A stretch of DNA of 64,000 bases from Clostridia bacterium. GTDB lineage: Bacteria; Bacillota; Clostridia; Christensenellales; CAG-138. The number at the start of each line of letters is the position of its first letter. The stretch's first letter is position 1. A program made the position numbers and the translations under genes. The stretch lies in assembly GCA_017545535.1 (NCBI GenBank), contig JAFWMS010000005.1:30013-94012 (forward strand). The letters run 5' to 3'. The notes beneath the pieces were generated by a model that worked only from the letters and a program-made list of their open reading frames with translations, was not told the DNA's origin and searched no databases. Shown piece after piece: positions 46,346-54,529 of this stretch.

Positions 46346-47386
46346 ATGAAAAAGATCGTTTTCGTTTGCCTCGCGCTGCTGTTGCTGGGTATGACGGCCT
46401 GCGTGAGCATTCCCATGGGGAGGACCGAGGCGTTCAAGACCGCCGAAAAGGCGTTCACCGCAGAGCCCACGGCTGAGCCTGTGGCCACGGAGGAGCCCAC
46501 GCCTGCCCCGACGGACACGCCGGCCCCCACCGACACACCCACGCCCGTGCCGACGGACACGCCGGCGCCCACGGAGATCCCGGCAGAGGTGGCTGTCGCC
46601 GACGCCATGGAAAAACTGGCCCGGGTGCAGAGCGTTCACATGGACATGGAGCTTGCCATGGAGGTGGAGATGGTCGTCTCCGTGGGCGAGGTGAAGCAGC
46701 GCCTGCCCATGGACATCACCATGACCGGGCGCACGGACATGTCCAGGGAGCCCTATCTCGTCAAGGCTGCCATATCCCTCTCCGCCATTGGGGAGAACAT
46801 GGACGCCCTGCTCTATGGGACCCGGGAGGACGATGCCGTGGTGCTGTACAGCTCCACGGACGGCGGCGCCACCTGGACCAAAACCAGGCAGAAGGGCGTC
46901 GAAGGGTTCCAACTGCCCCAGGATCCCACCGAATCTTTTGGACAGCTCCTGGACATGGGCGCAGCCGATCTAATGCGGGTCGGTACGGACGTGGTGGACG
47001 GCAAGCCGGTGACGGTCTATGCCGGCAAGGTGGAAGGGAAACACCTGCAGGAGGTGCTGGAAAGCACCGGCGCTGCCGAGGAGCTGACCGAAGCCATGAA
47101 CGACGATCTGCCGGCGGAAATGCTTGAAAATCTGGGCGATATCGACTTCACCGTGATGATCGAAGAGGAGAGCGGCCTGCCCGTTCGGTACTCTATGGAC
47201 ATGACCGAAGCGTTGAAGGGCCTGGTGGAGACCATCCTGCAGCAGAGCCTGGCCGGACAGGATCTGGAAGACATGGAGATCGGGATGGACGTCTCCTCCG
47301 CTACACTGGAGCTGACATTCTGCAAGTTCGACAGCATCGACCCCATCGTGATCCCCGAGGCGGTTTTAAAAGCGCCGGAGGCGTGA
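46346..47386 (+). CDS. Lipoprotein with Pro/Thr linker and LolA-like/DUF6612-type domain
   Basis: Lipobox MTAC; PTDTPA repeats; Met-rich beta domain ending FDSIDPIVIPE. Confidence 0.75.
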   Translation: MKKIVFVCLALLLLGMTACVSIPMGRTEAFKTAEKAFTAEPTAEPVATEEPTPAPTDTPAPTDTPTPVPTDTPAPTEIPAEVAVADAMEKLARVQSVHMDMELAMEVEMVVSVGEVKQRLPMDITMTGRTDMSREPYLVKAAISLSAIGENMDALLYGTREDDAVVLYSSTDGGATWTKTRQKGVEGFQLPQDPTESFGQLLDMGAADLMRVGTDVVDGKPVTVYAGKVEGKHLQEVLESTGAAEELTEAMNDDLPAEMLENLGDIDFTVMIEEESGLPVRYSMDMTEALKGLVETILQQSLAGQDLEDMEIGMDVSSATLELTFCKFDSIDPIVIPEAVLKAPEA

Positions 47387-47414
47387 GGGCACGATTCGAT
47401 CCCCCAAGGCGGGA

Positions 47415-47456
47415 AAAAGGGCTTGCTTCCTGTGAACGACAGGGGGCAGGCCCTTT
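47415..47456. terminator. Bidirectional terminator
   Basis: AAAGGGCTTGCTTCCTGT...ACAGGGGGCAGGCCCTTT between convergent genes. Confidence 0.7.
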
Positions 47457-47502
47457 GGCTATTTTAATAGACCACAAAGAAGCTCTTCTGAAAAACGAAC
47501 GC

Positions 47503-49917
47503 TTACGGGCCCGGGACGAGATCGCTGGTGAGGTAGCCCACCATGTCCCGCAGGCCCCGCCAGCCGCCGTTTGAAAAGGAGGATCGGTTGATCGTGTTGC
47601 CCATGAACACCATCATGCTGGAGCGGCCCCCGTCCAGGTTGTAGGCGATGACGCAGCCGTAGTCCAGCAGGCTTTCTACCACCTGCGCCAGGGTGGAGGA
47701 CCCGTAGGCGGCGCCGATGTGGTGATAGGGGCAGATGGAGGCCATGACGGAGCGCATGGTCACGTCGTTATAGGACAGTGGGTGCTTGTGGATGTCCATG
47801 GCCAAGCCGTCCTCGATGAGCGTGGGGCCGAACACCCAGGAATCGTTCACGCCCTGGGCCAGCAGTTCCTCGGCGGTGACCTCCGTCGGGTCGATGATCC
47901 GCATGGACCCGTCGGGGAAGAAGCCGAATCCAATCGTTTTTTTGTCCTGTTTAAACACGCGGCCCCGGCGGATCTGCAGGCCGTCAGCGTTGCGGCGGAA
48001 GGTGAAATAATCCCCCGTCAAGGCGAAGACCGCCCTGTTTTGACGAGCCAGTGTGGTGGCGCTGACGGGATCGCCGGGTTTGTCGCCGCCACCGGAAAAG
48101 ATGCCCACCGGCGGGTGTCCATAGGTGCAGATCAGGTCCGCCCGGGTGGCCTTGATTTTGCCGGTGTCCACGTCGAAGGCGATGACTACGCTGCCCTCGC
48201 CGCTGCAATAGAACCAGGGGCCGTCCCGTTGATCGCCCACGTAGACCAACTCCGTTTCCGCAGGATGGGCGGGAGCAATTCGCTGTTCCTGCTCCTCCGC
48301 CGGGAACAGGGCCGAGCCTTCCAGGGCGCACTGGCCGTGGCCGTTGGCTCCGGCGGAGACGACGGTGCCGTCGCTGAGCAGGGCCACGGTGTGCCAAAGC
48401 CCCGTGCCGAAGGCAATGACCTCCCGCCAGTCGGTCACAGCGCACTGGCCGCAGCCGTTGTCCCCCACGGCCAGCAGCCGCCAATCGGCGGTGAGGCCCA
48501 CCGTGAAGTTGCCTCCGCAGCGGATCTCGATCACGTTCTTCCAGTCGGTCACGCCGCATTGGCCGAAGCTGTTGTCCCCGGCGGCCACCACGCGGCCGTC
48601 CTTCAGCAAAGCCACGGTGTGCCGCAGCCCGGCGGAAACGGAGATCACGTCGGTCCAGTCCCCCACCTGGCATTGGCCATCCAGATCCAGGCCCGCCGCC
48701 ACCACCGTGCCGTCATCCATGAGACCCACGCTGTGGAAGCCACCGGCGGCAACCTTCGTGATGCGGGTCCATTCCTCCGCCGCGCCCCGGCCGTACTGCC
48801 GGGCGCCCAGGTGCGTTACGGTCCCGTCGTCATGGAGGACAAGGCCGTGGTTCAGCCCCAGGGCGGCGTCCCTGGCGTCGGTGATCCTATCCGCGGCATC
48901 CAGGGCCCCCAGGGTGTCCCCCAGCAGCTCCACCCGGCCTTCGGTCAGCCGGATCATGGAGAAGGGACCGCCTATCACCCGATCCTCCGAGGAAAAGACG
49001 GCTTTCAGATCATCGTATCGCTTGTCCCCCGTGAGAAGGGGCTCGCTCCCCAGGGCCAGGGAATACCAAACGCCGGCCAGGAGCCGGTCGGCATACTTGG
49101 CCCGCAGGTCAGAAAGCTTTTTGTTTCGGGCGTCCGTCAGGGCTGCCGCCGTGTCTTTTCGAAGGCTGTCGTCGGAAAGCCCCGAAAGGATATCCATGGC
49201 CCGCCGGGGGGCCAGCGCTTCCATGGCTTCCCACGCCTGGTCGATCAGCTTTCGGTCGTTTTCGTCCGTGATCTGCTGCTGGATCTCGCCGACGAGCTCC
49301 GGTTGGAGCCCGGATTCCTTCACCAGAGCCAGCGCCTCCGCCAGCCGTCCCTCCTCCCGGGCCTTCAATGCGGAGAGTAGGATCTCCTGCCGGTTCAATG
49401 TGCCTGTCAGCTCGTCTATCAGGGCAAGGGCCCTGGGCGAAGTCAGGCCGGACGCCTTCACCAAGGTCAGAGCCTCCTGCAGATCCCCCTCTTCGCTGGC
49501 CAGGATGGCCCGGGCGAACAGGGCCCGCAGATCCAGCGCCTCCCTCAGAAAAGCGACGGGCGCGTCGGGATGGGTGGCATGATCGGGCGCGGTCTCAAAG
49601 ACGTTCCGCTCCATCAGATAGCGGGGTCCGTCTTCCGTTTCCAAAAGGGCGTCCACACAGGAGAGGACCCCCTCGGCGCCTGCCTGGGGCAGCTCCTTCC
49701 CCAGGGGCGTATAGCGCAGGGGCGTTATGTCCTCCATAAGCTGGGCGTAGGCCTCCATCGCCTCGCCGTATTGGCCCTCGGCATACAGCTTGTCTCCGGT
49801 TTCCTTGGCTGTCTCCCGGCCCTGCAGCTGGCTGTACAGATACCAGCCTGCGGCCAACGCCGCTCCCAAGAGAAGGACGATGATTATATAAAACATGGTA
49901 CGTTTTTTCTGTTGCAT
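47503..49917 (-). CDS. Membrane-anchored protein: TPR-like helices, RCC1/BLIP-II repeats, phosphodiester glycosidase (NAGPA-like) domain
   Basis: N-terminal TM; repeats of AG.HTVAL..DG.V.A.G.N..GQC; C-terminal ALTGD, FGPTLI, AYNLDGGRS. Confidence 0.85.
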   Translation of the reverse strand: MQQKKRTMFYIIIVLLLGAALAAGWYLYSQLQGRETAKETGDKLYAEGQYGEAMEAYAQLMEDITPLRYTPLGKELPQAGAEGVLSCVDALLETEDGPRYLMERNVFETAPDHATHPDAPVAFLREALDLRALFARAILASEEGDLQEALTLVKASGLTSPRALALIDELTGTLNRQEILLSALKAREEGRLAEALALVKESGLQPELVGEIQQQITDENDRKLIDQAWEAMEALAPRRAMDILSGLSDDSLRKDTAAALTDARNKKLSDLRAKYADRLLAGVWYSLALGSEPLLTGDKRYDDLKAVFSSEDRVIGGPFSMIRLTEGRVELLGDTLGALDAADRITDARDAALGLNHGLVLHDDGTVTHLGARQYGRGAAEEWTRITKVAAGGFHSVGLMDDGTVVAAGLDLDGQCQVGDWTDVISVSAGLRHTVALLKDGRVVAAGDNSFGQCGVTDWKNVIEIRCGGNFTVGLTADWRLLAVGDNGCGQCAVTDWREVIAFGTGLWHTVALLSDGTVVSAGANGHGQCALEGSALFPAEEQEQRIAPAHPAETELVYVGDQRDGPWFYCSGEGSVVIAFDVDTGKIKATRADLICTYGHPPVGIFSGGGDKPGDPVSATTLARQNRAVFALTGDYFTFRRNADGLQIRRGRVFKQDKKTIGFGFFPDGSMRIIDPTEVTAEELLAQGVNDSWVFGPTLIEDGLAMDIHKHPLSYNDVTMRSVMASICPYHHIGAAYGSSTLAQVVESLLDYGCVIAYNLDGGRSSMMVFMGNTINRSSFSNGGWRGLRDMVGYLTSDLVPGP

Positions 49918-50053
49918 GGTTAATTGTATTGTAACAATATCCCGCTGATACTGTCAACATCCCTTGAAATGAATGCTCCTCTTGTTGTATACTAAATATC
50001 ATATACAGTTACACTTTCGATCAGCATCGTTTTGCGAGAAAGGGAGAGACAAA

Positions 50054-53000
50054 ATGAAGACGAAAAAATGGCTGCTCCTGGCCCTCTGCCTGCTGCTGGC
50101 CCTGGCCTTTGTCCCGGCGACGGCCCGCGCGGAGGAATATAGCGGACAATGCGGCGACGATTTGTATTGGTCCTATGATGAATCGAATGGCACACTGACT
50201 ATCACCGGAAGTGGGGCCATGTGGGATTATGATTCAAGACCGCCATGGCATGATCATCAATATGGTATTACAACAGTCAAGATTAGTGATGGTACAACGC
50301 ACATTGGGAAATATGCATTCGACTGTTGTTACTATCTGACAAGTGTTTCGTTCCCAAGCGGCATGGAAAGCATCGGCGACAATGCATTTCGCTATTGCAG
50401 CAGTATCAAAAGTCTGCGCTTTAGCAAGTGGATTAGAAACATTGGAGCATATGCTTTTTTTGGCTGTGACGAGCTGCAGAGCGTTTATTTTGAGAGTATC
50501 GGCTTACCAATTCCAGGAGAAGAAACCTACATCGTTAGTGGGGATCTATTCCTAAGCATTGGGAACTATGCTTTTGCGGGTTGTAAAGCGCTAAAAACAC
50601 TGTCGCTTTCTGACCACTTGGAGATCATTGGGGATCACGCTTTCGACGGATGCAAACGATTGACGAGTCTTACGCTGGGCGAATGGGTAAGGACAATCGG
50701 CGAGTCCGCTTTTGAAAGTTGTGATGGTCTGACTGGCGTCACTATCCCCGCCAGTGTGGTAAAGATCGGCCGTTTTGCGTTTACGTATTGCAACGATCTG
50801 GAGTGGATCGAAGTTGAAAATGGTAACTGGTACTATAGTAGTATTGATGGCGTGTTGTTCACCAGGGATAAACATGAATTGCTCTATTATCCTTTCGGCA
50901 GTTGGACGACCAGCTATACGATTCCTGAAAGCGTCACGCGTATTGGCGACTATGCTTTCTATCATTGCGTCAATCTGAGAAATATAACGATCCCCCCAAA
51001 TGTTGAAAGTATCGGCAATTCGGCTTTTGAGCACTGTATCAACCTGTCGCGGATAACCAATCAAGCGGGGTTTACGAGCATTGGGGAACGTGCCTTCTGG
51101 GAATGCTACAAGTTAACGAGCGTAACGCTGCCAGGCACCGTAACGAGCATTGGAAGTTGGGCTTTCTATCATTGCAACAACCTGACGGACATCAATATTC
51201 CAGACAGTGTGACGAGCATAGGGAAAGGCGTATTTTATGATTGCCGTAAATTATCGAATATACTTATTCCGGGCAGTATCGAAAGCGTCACTGTGAGTGC
51301 TTTTCGGTCCTGTCAAGGGCTGACGGAGGTGACGATCCAGGAGGGCGTGTTCAGAATTGAGGAAGAAGCTTTTAGAGAATGTGTGGGCCTTACGACCATA
51401 ACGCTTCCCAATAGCCTGACCAGCATCGACAGGAGTGCTTTTACTGACTGTACGGGGCTGACGAGTATCACTGTCGCGTCGGACAATCAGAACTACAAAG
51501 ATGTGGATGGGGTGCTCTTTACCAAGGACGGTAAGGAGCTGTTGGTTTATCCGGCAGGACGGGCTGGCAGCTACACCATCCCTAGCAGCGTCACCAGCAT
51601 CAGCGGAAATGCATTTTCTATGTGCACGGGGCTGACGAGTATCACGATCCCCAGCAGCGTCACCATCATCGGCTCCTATGCGTTTAATGGCTGTACGGGG
51701 CTGAAAACGGTAAAATATGGCGGGACTCAAGCACAAAAAGCCCAAATGAGCATTGGAGAGTATAATGAGCCTTTGCTGAACGCCACCTGGAAGTGCGCCA
51801 TAAACGTTTCCTTCAATGCCAACGACGGCGCCGTGAGCCCCACCACCAAGGTGGTGCAGTACGGCCAGGCCTACGGCACCCTGCCCACGCCCACCCGTAG
51901 CGGCTACATCTTTGACGGCTGGTGGACGACTAAGGAGACCGGCGGCAAGCAGGTGACGGCGTCCACGGTGTGCTACGCTTCCGGGAACTACACTCTGTAC
52001 GCCCGCTGGACACCCAAAACCTATACCGTCACCCTGAACCCCAACGGTGGCACTGTGAGCCCCACCACCAAGACCGTCACCTACGGCCAGGCCTACGGCG
52101 CCCTGCCCACGCCCACTCGAAGCGGATACACCTTCCTGGGCTGGTGGACCGCCAAGGAGACTGGCGGCAAGCAGGTGACGGCGACAACCGTCTGCTACGC
52201 CTCCGGGAACTACACCCTCTATGCCAGCTGGAAAGCGGGTCAGACCTACACCGTGACGCTGAACGCCAACGGCGGCACCTGCGGGACTTCCACCAAGACC
52301 GTGACCTACGGCACAGCCTACGGCACCATGCCCGTGCCCAAGCGGCTCGGGTACACCTTCGCCGGCTGGTGGACCGTCAAGGACGCCGGAGGGAAGAAGG
52401 TGACGGCCAGCACCATCTGCTATGCCACCGGGAACTACACCCTCTACGCCCGCTGGACGGAGGGGTACACCATGACCTTCGATCCCAACGGCGGCGCCGT
52501 GAGCCCTACCACCAAGGTGGTGAAGTACGGCCAGCAGTACGGCGCCATGCCCACGCCCACCCGGGCCGGGTACACATTCACCGGTTGGTGGACCACCAAG
52601 GCGGAGGGCGGCAAGAAGGTCGTGTCCACCACGGTGTGCTACGCCGCTTCCGGCTACACCCTGTACGCCCGGTGGACGGCGAAGAAGTTCGTCGTCACCC
52701 TGAACCCTAACGGCGGCGAATGCGCCACGGCCACCAAGACGGTGACCTACGGCCAGGCCTATGGGACCATGCCGGTGCCCTCGCCCCGGACGGGCTACAC
52801 CTTCGCCGGCTGGTACACCGCCAAGACCGGCGGCAAGAAGGTTACGGCCACCACGGTCTGCTACGCCTCCGGGAACTACACCCTCTACGCCCGCTGGACG
52901 CCCAAGACCTACACGATCACCTTCAACCCCAACGGCGGCAGCTGCTCCACGGCCAGCAAAAAGGTGACCTATGCCCAGCAGTATGGAACCCTGCCCACGC

Positions 53001-53131
53001 CCACGAGGGCGGGCTACACCTTCGCCGGCTGGTTCACCACCCAAACGACCGGCGGCAAGCAGGTGTTCTCCTCCACCGTCTGCTACGCCACGGGCAACTA
53101 CACCCTCTACGCCCGGTGGACGAAGAACTGA
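50054..53131 (+). CDS. Surface protein with BspA-like (LRR_5) leucine-rich repeats and six Listeria-Bacteroides (InlB B-repeat) domains
   Basis: Signal peptide; many IP.SV..IG..AF..C..L repeats; C-terminal repeats of about 73 aa containing LPTPTR.GY.F.GW...TLYARW. Confidence 0.92.
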   Translation: MKTKKWLLLALCLLLALAFVPATARAEEYSGQCGDDLYWSYDESNGTLTITGSGAMWDYDSRPPWHDHQYGITTVKISDGTTHIGKYAFDCCYYLTSVSFPSGMESIGDNAFRYCSSIKSLRFSKWIRNIGAYAFFGCDELQSVYFESIGLPIPGEETYIVSGDLFLSIGNYAFAGCKALKTLSLSDHLEIIGDHAFDGCKRLTSLTLGEWVRTIGESAFESCDGLTGVTIPASVVKIGRFAFTYCNDLEWIEVENGNWYYSSIDGVLFTRDKHELLYYPFGSWTTSYTIPESVTRIGDYAFYHCVNLRNITIPPNVESIGNSAFEHCINLSRITNQAGFTSIGERAFWECYKLTSVTLPGTVTSIGSWAFYHCNNLTDINIPDSVTSIGKGVFYDCRKLSNILIPGSIESVTVSAFRSCQGLTEVTIQEGVFRIEEEAFRECVGLTTITLPNSLTSIDRSAFTDCTGLTSITVASDNQNYKDVDGVLFTKDGKELLVYPAGRAGSYTIPSSVTSISGNAFSMCTGLTSITIPSSVTIIGSYAFNGCTGLKTVKYGGTQAQKAQMSIGEYNEPLLNATWKCAINVSFNANDGAVSPTTKVVQYGQAYGTLPTPTRSGYIFDGWWTTKETGGKQVTASTVCYASGNYTLYARWTPKTYTVTLNPNGGTVSPTTKTVTYGQAYGALPTPTRSGYTFLGWWTAKETGGKQVTATTVCYASGNYTLYASWKAGQTYTVTLNANGGTCGTSTKTVTYGTAYGTMPVPKRLGYTFAGWWTVKDAGGKKVTASTICYATGNYTLYARWTEGYTMTFDPNGGAVSPTTKVVKYGQQYGAMPTPTRAGYTFTGWWTTKAEGGKKVVSTTVCYAASGYTLYARWTAKKFVVTLNPNGGECATATKTVTYGQAYGTMPVPSPRTGYTFAGWYTAKTGGKKVTATTVCYASGNYTLYARWTPKTYTITFNPNGGSCSTASKKVTYAQQYGTLPTPTRAGYTFAGWFTTQTTGGKQVFSSTVCYATGNYTLYARWTKN

Positions 53132-53147
53132 CGACTTTACGCGCAAG

Positions 53148-53178
53148 GCAGCTGCCGGTCTGTCCGGCAGCTGTTTTT
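53148..53178 (+). terminator. Rho-independent terminator
   Basis: CAGCTGCCGG-tctgt-CCGGCAGCTG followed by a T-run. Confidence 0.85.
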
Positions 53179-53198
53179 CGTGGTGTTTCAGATACTTC

Positions 53199-53227
53199 TT
53201 GAAACTGCGGGCTGTTTACGGTATACT
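53199..53227 (+). promoter_or_regulatory. Sigma-A promoter
   Basis: TTGAAA-17 bp-TATACT. Confidence 0.65.
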
Positions 53228-53258
53228 TAATAATACTGTAAAAAAGCAAAGGGGCGGT

Positions 53259-54518
53259 ATGAAAGGAAGGCGCGCGTTCGGCTGCATGGTCCTGGGGCTG
53301 GGGCTGCTCCTGCTGCTCTCCTCTGCACAGGCGGCGGAGGAGACGGCGACGGAGCTGACCCGGCGCTGTCGATTCCGCAAGAACGACAGCGAGGCTTCGG
53401 CCACCTATGCCTGCGATCAGCGGCTCCTTTCTGTCTGCCCCCTAAGCGAAACGGACGTGCTCCGCGTGCAGCCCCGTCAGGCGGGAAAGACCATGGGCGC
53501 CCTGTATTTTTGTCTGGACCGGCAGGAGGCTTCGCTGACCGTGCGTCAATTTGACGCGGCGGAGACCCTTTTGGCGGAGTCCCGGGCCACCACGGAGACC
53601 TATCGTCTGGCCGTGCCTCTTGCCGCGGGCTGCGTCCGGGCGGAGGTCGCCGGGACAGTCGGCCCCGTGGGCATCGCGGAGATGAGCGTATGGAGCGAAG
53701 GGGCTCTGCCCGAAACGCTGCCCCTGCCTCAGCCGTCGGTGACGCGGACGGACTTTTTGATCGTCGCCACCCACCCCGACGACGAGTGGATCTTTTTGGG
53801 GGCCGTCTACCCCATCTATGGGGCGGAGCGGGGGTATACGGGCACCTTCGCCTATGTGACCTCCCCCGACATCGGCCGGGTCCACGAGGCCATCAACAGC
53901 CTGTGGGCCGCGGGCGTGCCCACCCTGCCCTATTTCCTGGGCTTTCCGGACGTGGATCGGGCCGCGCCCAAACGGCTCAAGGACACCTTTCAGGCGGAGG
54001 AGGTCACCTTGGCCCTGGTCCGGCTGTATCGGCGGATCAAGCCTCTGGTGGTGGTGAGTCAGGACCCCGTCCGAGGGGAATACGGCCACTGGCAGCATAT
54101 CATCTCCGCCCAATCCGCCTTAGAGGCGGCGCAGCTGGCCTCCGATCCAGCCTACGATCCGGGATCGGCGGCGAAGTTCGGCACCTGGACGGTGAAGAAG
54201 GTCTATCAGCACCTGGCGAAGGAGAACCCCATCGTCCTAGACGTGACCAGCCCCTTGTCGGCCTACGACGGGGAGACCGCATTGCAGGTGGCCAAGCGGG
54301 CCTTTCAGGAGCACCGCTCCCAGCTGAAGTACGTGTTCCGTCCCTCCATCGGGCGCAGGTCCAAGGGGGACATCCGCTATTTCGGCCTGACCTTCACCAC
54401 GGTGGGTCCGGACGCGGAAAACGACATGTTTGAGCATATCGGGCAGGGCGAGCTTGCAAAGGCCCTCCTGGGCGGAACAGAGGATCTTGACGGACCGAAC
54501 CCGGATCCTAAAGAATAA
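53259..54518 (+). CDS. Secreted PIG-L/LmbE-family deacetylase with intact active-site motifs
   Basis: Signal peptide; THPDDE, LGFPD, GEYGHWQH, HRSQ. Confidence 0.88.
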   Translation: MKGRRAFGCMVLGLGLLLLLSSAQAAEETATELTRRCRFRKNDSEASATYACDQRLLSVCPLSETDVLRVQPRQAGKTMGALYFCLDRQEASLTVRQFDAAETLLAESRATTETYRLAVPLAAGCVRAEVAGTVGPVGIAEMSVWSEGALPETLPLPQPSVTRTDFLIVATHPDDEWIFLGAVYPIYGAERGYTGTFAYVTSPDIGRVHEAINSLWAAGVPTLPYFLGFPDVDRAAPKRLKDTFQAEEVTLALVRLYRRIKPLVVVSQDPVRGEYGHWQHIISAQSALEAAQLASDPAYDPGSAAKFGTWTVKKVYQHLAKENPIVLDVTSPLSAYDGETALQVAKRAFQEHRSQLKYVFRPSIGRRSKGDIRYFGLTFTTVGPDAENDMFEHIGQGELAKALLGGTEDLDGPNPDPKE

Positions 54519-54529
54519 GGAAGGAACTC

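Noticed and set aside
51800-53130. Regular direct repeats of about 220 bp as a possible CRISPR array or DGR template/variable pair
   Set aside because: They are in-frame protein domain repeats with no unique spacers, no adenine-specific pattern seen, and no cas or reverse transcriptase gene in the window
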